Shown one piece after another: positions 1 to 8,683 of a DNA stretch of 64,000 nucleotides; position 1 is the first letter of the stretch; each line of letters begins with the position of its first letter. The stretch comes from Candidatus Multivorans sp. (lineage in GTDB: Bacteria; Acidobacteriota; Thermoanaerobaculia; Multivoradales; Multivoraceae): the NCBI GenBank assembly GCA_965247095.1, contig OZ251997.1, positions 3,520,001 through 3,584,000 on the forward strand, read 5' to 3'. The position numbers were made by a program, and so were the translations under genes. The notes beneath the pieces were generated by a model, which was given only the letters and a program-made list of their open reading frames with translations, was not told where the DNA came from and ran no database searches.

Positions 1-528
1 CTTCTGCGCCGCGAGCCACGCATGCACTCCTGCCTTCAAGGCCTTGTGAGATTGGAACTTGCGGTCACTCTCCGGGATGGAGGCGATGTACTGCGTGGCC
101 AAGGGCCACAAGGGATCCTCTGCCGGTATCAGCTTCCTGACGAAGTCTTCCAGTTCGCCGTGCTTCCTGTTGTCCGGCATCAACCAGATGCCAACGCGAG
201 GCCAGATGCCAACGCGAGGCCTGCCCTCGATCACTGTACCGGTCGGGCCGGGGGGCTTTGGTGTTCGGATGCCGATCTTGTGTAACTCGTCGACGATCTC
301 TTGCCACCGACTCCTCACGTTCTCGTCGGCATCTGCCAGGATGCCGACGGCCCGTCGACCTGACGTTTTGATTTCCCCGGTAATGCCCGAACGAAGCCTG
401 GGGAAGCCTCCCCTGCTCTCGGTGCTGAAGTTCTCCGCGATTCCGCAACGCCTACTGAAGTGCCGAACGAAGTGCTCGTCGTCTGTCCCCTCCACGAGGA
501 GGATGCGCGGTGGCGAGTCTCTGGGCAT
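1..528 (-). CDS. DUF3226 / TOPRIM-like protein, partner of upstream AAA ATPase (3' end outside window)
   Basis: Not in the ORF track because it runs off the edge. Manual translation from ATG at 528 gives MPRDSPPRILLVEGTDDEHFVRHF...GIWLMPDN...GVHAWLAAQK, with a TOPRIM-like VEGxDD motif. It starts 3 nt after the AAA gene stop. Confidence 0.75.
   Translation of the reverse strand, partial: MPRDSPPRILLVEGTDDEHFVRHFSRRCGIAENFSTESRGGFPRLRSGITGEIKTSGRRAVGILADADENVRSRWQEIVDELHKIGIRTPKPPGPTGTVIEGRPRVGIWPRVGIWLMPDNRKHGELEDFVRKLIPAEDPLWPLATQYIASIPESDRKFQSHKALKAGVHAWLAAQK
184..219. repeat. Exact 18-bp tandem duplication (ccagatgccaacgcgagg x2), in frame within the DUF3226 gene
   Basis: 184-201 and 202-219 are identical, giving PRVGIW-PRVGIW. 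Confidence 0.9.
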
Positions 529-531
529 CCT

Positions 532-1667
532 CTACCTGACTTCAATGCCCTGATCGGCGGCCGTTTCCAGCTCTTCCTCGGAGTACTCGACCGCGCGAAT
601 CCCTTCCTCGTCGCGTTCGAGTCGAACGAGGGCGCCGTCGATGTCTTCGGATTCCACTGCCGCCCGGGCAAAGCCCTTCACGCAGTCCCAGCTATGGGTG
701 GTTGCGAGGACCTGTACGTTTCCCTCGTGAGCTGCGCGCAGGACCATGCGCCAGTACGCCGTTTGGACTGCGTAGTGGAGGCCGTTCTCTGCTTCGTCGA
801 TGACCAGGATGCCGTCGCGACTGTTGGTCAGCGCCAAAGCGACGCCGAACATTCGCGTTGCGCCGTCGCCGAGGCTTTTCAGGGGGACGGGTCGGGCATG
901 CGCCCGCAGCTTCACGACCACGCGCCTGCTAAGGCGCGGCCGTGGCCCATCGCTACCGACTAGGGCGACTCGCTCGATCTCGTCTCCGAGAATCGGTCGC
1001 AGGGCCTGTACCGAGAAGTCCTCGTCCTTGGTTAGTGCGACGTTGTCCCAGAATCGAGCCAAGTCGTTGTTGTTCACCACATCTGGGCCCAGGGACTCAC
1101 ACTCGACGGCTTCCGGCCACTCGCTCTCGGCACGCCGACTGCGGAAGTAGGAAGATCCACGGAAGGTGCCGCGTCGTTCGCCCCGTCCCATCCAAGGCAG
1201 GAACATCTCACTATCTCGGAACCGGATCTTCAGAGCCTGACCATCGGAGTCGGCCGATAGGTCCGCAAGGAGCTTCATCTGGTCTTCCGACCAGTCCCCC
1301 GGCATCGATTCCTCGACTGTCAACTTGTCCTTTCCGGTTTCCGGGCCGATCGCGATGGCTGCCGCCCGTGTCGTGCCCCGGCCGTGAAACAGAGCGGCAA
1401 GGTCAGCGAAGACCAACGGATGTCGGTCCTCGTCGGAGGCAGCTACGCCGAACTCCTCGCGTCCATCCAACAAGTCGTGCAGGACTTTCGGGCGTCCTCG
1501 GGCGGCATAGGTCCGCACGGCATCAAGCACTGTGGTTTTGCCGACGCCGTTTTGCCCAGCGAGCAACGTGACGCGGCCAAGGCGACGAATCGATAGGCAG
1601 TCGAGCCCTCGAAACCCGAGACCGACAGGCTGGGAAGGTGTAGGCCGTCGTTCTTCTTGGGGTCCAT
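532..1667 (-). pseudogene. AAA_15/AAA_21-type ABC-like ATPase with a single-base frameshift near 1611 (or a sequencing error)
   Basis: Walker A GQNGVGKT, signature LKSLGDG, Walker B LVIDEAENGLH, H-loop ATTHS. The N-terminus MDPKKNDGLHLPSLSVSGF (ATG 1667) joins the main frame as ...GFRGLDCLSIRRLGRVTLLAGQNG if one base is restored. Confidence 0.75.
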
Positions 1668-1779
1668 CGTCGGCAGCTTGCTCTAGTGTTCCGCGGCGCC
1701 GATGCTAGCGGAGGATTCGATCGGGTCAACTCCTCACCAACCGACCCGCGAGCCCGACGGTCGGCCTCGACCCCGGTGC

Positions 1780-2958
1780 CTAGCCAAGGGCCTCGGGCCT
1801 CACGACCACCGGCACACCGCCGTAGCGCCCGCCCAGGTAGCCGCGCATCAGGGCTTCGTCCTTCCGTGGACGGTACTCCGACAGTGGCGTCAAACTTGCC
1901 GCTTCCGTCAGCCGGTCCTTCTCCGTGAGCCACACTTGGCCACGGTCCAGCTCTTCCTGGAGCAGGGTGACATCGTGAACGGTCGTCACTAGCTGGCCTC
2001 TACACCGGTTCGCTCCGGCCTGCTGGTTGAAACGCTGCACGAGCGCGGCGACCAGGAAAGGGTGGAGGCTGCGGTCCAGTTCATCGATGACGACCACCCG
2101 GTCGTGTTCGAGAACGTATCCGGCCAGGGCGAAAAAGCGTTGGGTTCCGGCCGACTCCGCCTCCAGTGCCAGGCTGTGCCACTCGCCGCTGCCGCCGGGC
2201 CGGTGAACCAGTTGCAACTCTTCCTTCTCTATGTGCACGTCGTCGAAGGCCATGTCCGCGGCTCTCAGCAACTCCAGCACGCGCCGTTTCGTTTCTTGGT
2301 CTTTGTCAACCGCCCTGGCCGTGTAGACGGGGGGCAAACCGCCGGGGCCGATAGTTCGCAGTTCGCGGAACCAGTCGACGACCGGTCGAAAAGTCTCGCT
2401 GTTCAACTGCACCGCCGTTGACAGGAACAGCGCGTTGGGCCGGGTGTTGTCCCGCCACACGCTCTTTGAGCCGCGAACCGATGGGCCGAACGCATATTCC
2501 TCCTTGCCCGTGTCGGGATCGGTGAAGCGATCCAGCAGCCGGCGCATCCTTCCGCCTGGCGGCCACGCGAGCAACCACTCGCGGTGCACGCGAACAGCGT
2601 CCACCGCGAAGCCGTACTGGTACAGCGTGCCGTCCTGAATGAACGCCGTCTCGAACACCGTCGGGCTCTCCCGGCTCTGGTCATCGAACAGGAAGGGCTC
2701 GTGGGGAATCGCTTCTCCGGCCTGGTTCTCCTTGGACGAGTTCAGGACGAAGTGTCGCGCGAAGCGGAGGCCCTCGACGAACCGGGACTTGCCGCTGCCG
2801 TTGGGACCGTAGAGCGCAGCGACGCGGTTGAGCCGTGGCGCCTGCCGTACGTCCGTGTCGAAGGCGAAGCGGTCAGCCGTTCCCTTGACGGCCTCCATGC
2901 TTAGCTCTTGCTGGTCCCGGAAGCAGGCCCTGTTGGTGATGGAAAAGGCGACAAGCAT
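1780..2958 (-). CDS. AAA_21 family ATPase (RloA/AbiEii-associated type)
   Basis: MLVAFSITNRACFRDQQELSM start, Walker A GPNGSGKS, ESAGTQR signature, Walker B IDELDRSLH, C-terminal YLGGRYGGVP. Confidence 0.85.
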   Translation of the reverse strand: MLVAFSITNRACFRDQQELSMEAVKGTADRFAFDTDVRQAPRLNRVAALYGPNGSGKSRFVEGLRFARHFVLNSSKENQAGEAIPHEPFLFDDQSRESPTVFETAFIQDGTLYQYGFAVDAVRVHREWLLAWPPGGRMRRLLDRFTDPDTGKEEYAFGPSVRGSKSVWRDNTRPNALFLSTAVQLNSETFRPVVDWFRELRTIGPGGLPPVYTARAVDKDQETKRRVLELLRAADMAFDDVHIEKEELQLVHRPGGSGEWHSLALEAESAGTQRFFALAGYVLEHDRVVVIDELDRSLHPFLVAALVQRFNQQAGANRCRGQLVTTVHDVTLLQEELDRGQVWLTEKDRLTEAASLTPLSEYRPRKDEALMRGYLGGRYGGVPVVVRPEALG

Positions 2959-3283
2959 GGGTAGCTCCAGTGAATAAGATGGCAAGTTTACCTGAATCCC
3001 GCAAGAATAGCGAGTTGTTTGCCCTCTGATGCGCGATTAGACGATCACCGCTTCGCGACGGCGTTTTCTCTGAAGCGGGTCAGAAGACCCGCGCACCCAG
3101 TTGCGCCACCGTCGGGGTGGCGACGCTCTCTACTGCAGTTGGGCCCGCATCCGGCGCGCACGAGCCTCGCATCCGGTGCCGCGACCCGCACGCCCCGGCC
3201 CCACCGTCAAACATCCTTGCCCGTTGCGGCGCCCCGCCGCGAACGCTACTCTCCCCAATGCCCCGCCTCTTCCAAGTCACCAC

Positions 3284-4462
3284 TTGGCCGGCCCGCGCAA
3301 TATCGCACTCTGCTTCGACGGCACCTGGAACAGCGACGACAGTGCGTCGCCCACGAATGTCGTCAAAACGAGCCAGGCGCTGCTGCCGCAGACGGCGACG
3401 GGCACATGGCAGCTTGGCTACTACGACCGCGGCGTCGGCACCGGGCGCTTCGACCGGGTGCGGGGCGGGGTGGTGGGGCTGGGCCTCGCCCGGAACGTGG
3501 AACTGGCCTACGTCTGGCTGAGTTCGAACTACCGCCCGGGCGACCGGCTCTTCCTGTTCGGCTACAGCCGCGGGGCCTACACGGCGCGCAGCCTGGCCGG
3601 GTTGCTCGGCCTCTGCGGCGTTCCCGACCCGGAGCGCAGCGCCGCCGCCGGCCTCGGCGTGGCGGATGTCGCGCTCCAGGGCATGGCGATCTATCGCCTG
3701 CTGCCCGGCGCCGACCGCAGCGAACGCGCCGCGTGCCACGTGGAGACCTTCGCCGTGACCGCGGGCGCGGCCGGCCGCCTGGGGCTGCCCGCCGCCGGCC
3801 CCCCGTGCGCGGTCCACTTCATCGGCGTCTGGGACACGGTCGGCGCCCTCGGCGTGCCGGTGACCTGGCTGAACTGGATCGGCGCCCGCCGCCACCGCTT
3901 CCACGACGTGCGGCTCGACCGGCACATCCGGAATGCCTGCCACGCAGTGGCGATCGACGAGGGCCGCCGCCCCTTCGCCCCCAGCCTGTGGACGAACCGG
4001 CCGGCGCCCGGCCAGAACGTGGAGCAGCTCTGGTTCCCGGGCGTTCACAGCGATGTCGGCGGCGGGGGCCCGAGCACCGGGCTCTCCGACTGCGCCCTGC
4101 TCTGGATGTGGAGCAGGGCCCACGCCGCCGGCCTCGCCCTCTGGCCCCATCTCGTCCGCGCCGGCCTGGCGCCCAACGAACTCGGCCCGCGGGGCGACTC
4201 GATGTCCCTGGTCTACCGCCTCTGGGGCCGCTACGACCGGCCGATTGGCGAACGGCAGGAGAACGGCTGGCCCCTGGTTACGGGCGAGAAGGTTCACTAC
4301 TCCACCATGCGGCGCCTGGAGGCCCGGCAAACCAGCGCCTACTGCTACGGAACCGCCGGCCGCACCCTGCTTCCGGCCCTGGAGCGCGACCTGGTCCGCG
4401 TGGCGCCGCCGGCGCCGGGCGAGGAGTACCCCGGAGAGTTCGCCTGGGACATACCGCCGTGA
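3284..4462 (+). CDS. DUF2235 (Tle1-like) alpha/beta hydrolase / phospholipase
   Basis: Motifs ALCFDGTWN, TNVVK, YDRGVGT, GYSRG (GxSxG), GVWDTVGALG, HAVAIDE, WFPGVHSDVGGG. The start codon is uncertain (TTG 3284 chosen). Confidence 0.85.
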   Translation: MAGPRNIALCFDGTWNSDDSASPTNVVKTSQALLPQTATGTWQLGYYDRGVGTGRFDRVRGGVVGLGLARNVELAYVWLSSNYRPGDRLFLFGYSRGAYTARSLAGLLGLCGVPDPERSAAAGLGVADVALQGMAIYRLLPGADRSERAACHVETFAVTAGAAGRLGLPAAGPPCAVHFIGVWDTVGALGVPVTWLNWIGARRHRFHDVRLDRHIRNACHAVAIDEGRRPFAPSLWTNRPAPGQNVEQLWFPGVHSDVGGGGPSTGLSDCALLWMWSRAHAAGLALWPHLVRAGLAPNELGPRGDSMSLVYRLWGRYDRPIGERQENGWPLVTGEKVHYSTMRRLEARQTSAYCYGTAGRTLLPALERDLVRVAPPAPGEEYPGEFAWDIPP

Positions 4463-4542
4463 CGGCCGGCTGCGCCACACCCCCGCCAGCGGACCCCCTA
4501 ACCCCAATCCCCTCAATAATTTGACTCCCACACCCCCGCCCC

Positions 4543-4571
4543 TTGACGTATTCCCCCGAAGGCCCTATAGT
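4543..4571 (+). promoter_or_regulatory. Sigma70-type promoter TTGACG-N17-TATAGT
   Basis: -35 at 4543-4548, exact 17-bp spacer, -10 at 4566-4571, in an AT-richer intergenic patch. Confidence 0.75.
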
Positions 4572-4577
4572 GTTGAG

Positions 4578-4920
4578 CCTCGGAGGAACTGAATTGGCAG
4601 GAAGGCCTTGTCGATCCGCCCGCGCCCCCGGCGTTCTGCGACGTGTAGCGCGACTGGATCTATTCGGCCGTTTCGGCTAGGGTTCCACCTACGATTGGAC
4701 AGACGGCCTTGAAGTCTTTTATCGGGAGGTGATGCGCAGCATCAGCGTGTGACGGTCGGCGGCTCGGTTCAGCCGGGATTCTGATCGTCCAGAGAGAAAC
4801 GTCAGCGGCCATGGCAGCGCGGAAACTCCGCATCGCCGATGGCCTGATCTTCGGATCGAAAGAACAACCGGGCCGGCAAACGGCCCGCCCGGTAAACGAA
4901 CGGCGGCTCAAGGCCGCTCA
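4578..4920 (+). ncRNA. Candidate long structured 5' leader / cis-regulatory RNA
   Basis: No convincing ORF between the promoter and the RBS at 4921. Successive stems: GGCCAT(4807)..ATGGCC(4844), GATC-TTCG-GATC (4846-4857, cUUCGg), GGGCCG-GCAAA-CGGCCC (4870-4886), GCGGC-TCAAG-GCCGC (4903-4917). Confidence 0.5.
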
Positions 4921-4936
4921 AGGAGAAAACAAACTG

Positions 4937-5941
4937 ATGAAGCTGATGAAGCACATCATGATCGCGCTGGTACTCTGCGCGATTCCTGCGATGGCCTTCG
5001 GTCAGATCGGCTCAGCCGATCCGGCCATGGTCAATGTCGACTGTCCGGACGACGAGTGCCACACGGCCCCCATCTTCAAGGGACAGGGCGGTTTTGTGGG
5101 CGCGGCCGCCATGGACGAGAGCGTAGTCACGGTGATCGTGAGTTGCGGCGCCGTGACGACAAGCATGGAGGCGAACCAGGACGACGAGGGCATCGTCCGT
5201 CAGTTGTTCACCTATGACAACGGTCTCGCATGCGATGACGGCGGCTCGATCGACATCAGCGGCCTTGCAGACGGCGGCTGGTACTGGATCCAGGATGAAA
5301 CGAACGCGGCGGTGTCCAGCTTGTACGCCAAGGACACCCTGGGCGACGACATAACCATGCCGACCAATCCGGGCGGCGTCGAGATGACGGTGGAGGCTTA
5401 TGCAACCTACGTCAGGGACCCGAACAGTGGTCGTGTCGGGATCATCCCGCACGTCCTGCCGATGCCGCCGATGCCGGCGTGCAGTCCCGACCTGCAGAAC
5501 AACTGCATGGTGAATGCTGCCTACAGCCTGGCTCTCACTGACGATGCGGACGAGGCAGTTGGTGATGCGGTGGAGCGCGGTGCGGCCCCGGTCGTGGTCA
5601 CGCCAAGTGTCGCGGCGACTGGCAACTTGGAGGATGGCACTGGAGAGGCCTTCTCGGCCACAATCGGGGGGGGACTTACAAACGGAGTCACACAAGCGAC
5701 CGGGACAGTCACCATTGCCGCAGCGGGCGCTAGTGACGATCGCTGTCTCGCCACCAACATCGACAGAGGTACCCCGATCATGGTCACCGTCAGCGCCGAT
5801 ACTTCCGGTGCAACCGGGTACATCCCCGAAGTGGGGGCTCTCGCCGATCGGTCGTTCATGGTCACCTGCCCCCCCGTGGCGGCAGCGTCGAACCAGGGCG
5901 TGGACCTCGTTCCCGAGAACCCGTTCCCGGTCGGCCGGTAA
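4937..5941 (+). CDS. Secreted acidic Cys-paired protein, paralog 1 (putative major surface/filament subunit)
   Basis: RBS AGGAGA at 4921; signal peptide MKLMKHIMIALVLCAIPAMAFG; motifs CPDDECH, GQGGFVG, GGWYWI, SGRVGIIPH; C-terminal tail VPENPFPVGR. Confidence 0.8.
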   Translation: MKLMKHIMIALVLCAIPAMAFGQIGSADPAMVNVDCPDDECHTAPIFKGQGGFVGAAAMDESVVTVIVSCGAVTTSMEANQDDEGIVRQLFTYDNGLACDDGGSIDISGLADGGWYWIQDETNAAVSSLYAKDTLGDDITMPTNPGGVEMTVEAYATYVRDPNSGRVGIIPHVLPMPPMPACSPDLQNNCMVNAAYSLALTDDADEAVGDAVERGAAPVVVTPSVAATGNLEDGTGEAFSATIGGGLTNGVTQATGTVTIAAAGASDDRCLATNIDRGTPIMVTVSADTSGATGYIPEVGALADRSFMVTCPPVAAASNQGVDLVPENPFPVGR

Positions 5942-6008
5942 GGGAACAACAGGGTCTTGTGGCCTGAGGGTCTTCAAGAGACCTCTCGGGACATAGAGAA
6001 CCACTTTT

Positions 6009-6064
6009 GAGCGGCGCCTCCGCGTCGGGTATTCGCCCGGTGCGGAGGTTGCCGCTCTTCTTCT
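6009..6064 (+). terminator. Long hairpin followed by a T-rich tail after paralog 1
   Basis: GAGCGGCGCCTCCGCGTCGGGT-ATTC-GCCCGGTGCGGAGGTTGCCGCTC followed by TTCTTCT. Confidence 0.65.
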
Positions 6065-6181
6065 ATCTGGCGACCCTCGGCCCGCTAATGCTCCGCTAAT
6101 GCTGTAGAGTCCCAGGTCCCCAGGTCCGATCTGCCGGGATCGCGTCCGTGAGTGCCGGCAGGCGCCAAGGAGAACGAACAG

Positions 6182-6385
6182 ATGAGGACCCTCTTTGTCG
6201 GCGTGTTGCTCGGCGCCGTTCCGGCGGTGGCGGTGAGCCAGGTCGGTGAGGCCGAACCGGCGACCGTCGCGGCCGGGGGCCCCTGCGTCGGGCAGGAGAA
6301 CGTGTCCAACCACGGCCCGCCGCGCCCTCGTGGCGTCATCGTTGCCGGATCCAGGGTCGTGCGACGGCCCCGAACGGGGGTTTGA
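6182..6385 (+). pseudogene. N-terminal remnant of another paralog of the secreted family
   Basis: Upstream caaggagaacgaacagATG mirrors caaggagaaaacaaactgATG of paralog 1. The signal peptide is followed by QVGEAEPATV (paralog 1: QIGSADPAMV), then similarity is lost. Confidence 0.55.
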
Positions 6386-7410
6386 CGCGGTTGAAGCAGA
6401 TCTTCGCTCATCTCCTGGTCGGTACGGTTCCCGCACTGGCGTTGGGCCAGAGCGTCAACGTCGTGTGCCCTGCCGATGCCTGTCACTTCGCACCCTACTT
6501 CCGGGGTGAAGGCGGCTTCGTTGGCGAGCGGGCGCCGACTCACGTGGACGACGGTGGCGAGCCGCTGCCGATCCGATTCGTGCTGGATTGCGGGCGGGTG
6601 ACGGTGTCCGGCGAGTTCGAGCCGGACGCGGACGGAATTGTGCGCCAGCTACTGACCGGGCGACAAGGTCTGGCCTGCTGGGGGGACGGCGGTACCTTCG
6701 AGCTTCAAGGTCTCCGCGACGGGGGGTGGTACTGGATCAACGATAGGAGGAACTCCGCGGTCTCCACCCTGTTGAGGCTGGGCGCCCGCGACAATCCGGA
6801 GACGATCCCGCTCGACCCCGGCGGCGTGACGATGAGGACGATCCGTAAGGGCGCCGCGACCTACGTGAAGGACGAGTTGAGCGGCCGCGTCGGCATCGTC
6901 CCGCACATCCTGCCCGTGGCGGAGATTCCGGGTTGCAGCGGTGAGGCGACCGAGGGTGAGGCTTGCGTCCTGGGGTCGCCGGAGGATTGGTCTCTCGTGC
7001 TGACGACGGGCAATAGCGATGCGCCCGTCGGATCGGAGGCGATCGAGCGGGGAGCGAACGTGTCGGTCAAGGTCAGCCTGGTGGGACGCAACTTCGTCAG
7101 GACGGGGACCGTGGTGACGGACATCTCTCTCTCCGGCGGCGCGCGCGGCGGGACGATCCTGAGCGCCCCGGAAGCAGTGACCGTCTCGGGTACTTCGCCG
7201 GACCCCGTCGAGGGCGGCGAGGTGGCGTGGACGGTCCTGGTGGCCGCCGACCCGGACCGCTGCGCCGCGACGCATCCGGACCGGTTCATCGAGCAGGCCG
7301 TTGTGGTTACGGCTTCTGCCGCGTTGACGGGCGCTCTTCCGGCCTTCGCCGCCGGTGAGGGTCCATCGGCCGGCTTCACGATCAACTGCCCGGATTCGGG
7401 CAGCCCGTAG
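6382..7410 (+). CDS. Secreted Cys-paired protein, paralog 2 (lacks the VPENPFPV tail)
   Basis: Signal peptide; CPADACH, GEGGFVG, GIVRQL, GGWYWI, SGRVGIVPH, ERG, FTINCP shared with paralogs 1 and 3. Confidence 0.8.
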   Translation: MTRLKQIFAHLLVGTVPALALGQSVNVVCPADACHFAPYFRGEGGFVGERAPTHVDDGGEPLPIRFVLDCGRVTVSGEFEPDADGIVRQLLTGRQGLACWGDGGTFELQGLRDGGWYWINDRRNSAVSTLLRLGARDNPETIPLDPGGVTMRTIRKGAATYVKDELSGRVGIVPHILPVAEIPGCSGEATEGEACVLGSPEDWSLVLTTGNSDAPVGSEAIERGANVSVKVSLVGRNFVRTGTVVTDISLSGGARGGTILSAPEAVTVSGTSPDPVEGGEVAWTVLVAADPDRCAATHPDRFIEQAVVVTASAALTGALPAFAAGEGPSAGFTINCPDSGSP

Positions 7411-7509
7411 CCGCATCGTCGGTGCGAGCCTTCTGGCCTGCCCATCCGGGGGCTGGGCCATGTCGAGTCCGTGTGCGCCCATAGGCGGTGCATCTAGCTG
7501 ACGTGATAT

Positions 7510-8027
7510 ATCGATGGTTTGAAGGCCGGCGGCTGGTACTGGATCGACGACGTGACGAGCTCGGCGCTTACGGCCCTGATCCCGAAGGACATCCTCGGAA
7601 ACGACCAGATGGAGCCCACCGATCCGGACGGGGTCACGCTCCGTACCGCGGAGGACGGCGTCGCCACTTTCGTCAAGCACACGCCGAGCGGGCGGGTCGG
7701 CATCATCCCCCACATCGTTCCCGAGAAGCCGCTCCCCGGTTGCACCGGCGCGGTGGGAGAGGCCTCGGCCGCCGACTGCCATCTGGGGTCACCGTCACCC
7801 TGATGGGAGCGAAGTTCCTCACCAGCGGCACGGTCTACGCGACGGCGGTCGCCGACTTCCATTCCAGCGTGCAGGCGGTCTCCATCTCGGTCGCCACCGT
7901 CGAGGAGGTCATCCCGCCGCTCGACGCAGGTGGCATCGAGATGACATTCACGATCAACTGTCCATATAGCTCGGCGGCAAGCATGGGCGCGGCACTTGTG
8001 CCCGAGAACCTGTTCCCGGTGGACAAG
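7510..8027 (+). pseudogene. Paralog 3 of the secreted family: 5'-truncated, internal deletions, frameshift near 7790
   Basis: One frame gives IDGLKAGGWYWIDD...SGRVGIIPHIVP...CHLGS; another continues VTVTLMGAKFLTSGTV...FTINCPYSSAASMGAALVPENLFPVD. Confidence 0.75.
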
Positions 8028-8347
8028 GAGGCGCATCGACGGCTCTTGGCGGGCCGCCTTCGGGCCGCCGCACGCGGTGTTTGCGACGCCCCCCAAATCG
8101 CTGGAAACAAACGGCTTCCAGAAGCAATATAAGAACCGGGACGGTTTTCCGTCTTAGTCTGTAGAAGCGCTACTTCCACGCAGACCTGCGGGTCACGGAA
8201 CTCCGGTCGACTTCTTCCGGGGTTCGCCGAGAGGCCGCAGCGAGCGGGAGGGCGTTTCGGGGGGTCGGCCTGTTCCGGAGAAAAGGGGCACCTCCAAGGG
8301 CCGGCACCCCGTCTCATCTGTGGAATAATCCGGGTTCCGCTGGCCCC

Positions 8348-8641
8348 GTGGAGCATAGAGTGGTGCATGAGGAACGCAACGGGCTCAGCCGAGTTGCCGC
8401 CTGGGTAGTTTGCCTGCTGGCGGCTGTGCCGGCTTCCGCAACGCTCTATCTGCTGACGCCGGACGAAACCCTGCTCGGGCAGGCCGACCTGGTGGTCTAC
8501 GGCGGCGTCCGGCTCGACGAGCAAACGGGAGATCCCGGCCAAGGTCGTCTACGCGGGCACGAACGAGCCCGGCAACGCGGCGCCTGCGATCACGGACACG
8601 GAGGCCTTCGCTTCCGCCTGTCTGGGATAATCACCGAGTGA
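8348..8641 (+). pseudogene. Truncated secreted-protein remnant (signal peptide plus N-terminal segment)
   Basis: AWVVCLLAAVPASA followed by TLYLLTPDETLLGQADLVVYG resembles N-termini of acidobacterial secreted proteins (from recall). Coding character is lost after about 55 codons. Confidence 0.35.
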
Positions 8642-8683
8642 GGATCCGCGCGAAGACACCAGGGCCTTCCCGGAGGGCTGCAA

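Noticed and set aside
65-448. 127-aa track ORF as the gene downstream of the AAA ATPase
   Set aside because: Wrong frame; the motif-bearing frame starts at 528 and runs off the window edge.
7795-7803. Selenocysteine read-through of the TGA in paralog 3, given selC in the window
   Set aside because: Homology continues in a different frame, which indicates a deletion/frameshift rather than UGA recoding.
4937-8027. pilE/pilS-style silent-cassette antigenic variation or a DGR target array
   Set aside because: The paralogs are too diverged at DNA level for ongoing gene conversion; there is no reverse transcriptase and no adenine-specific TR/VR pair.
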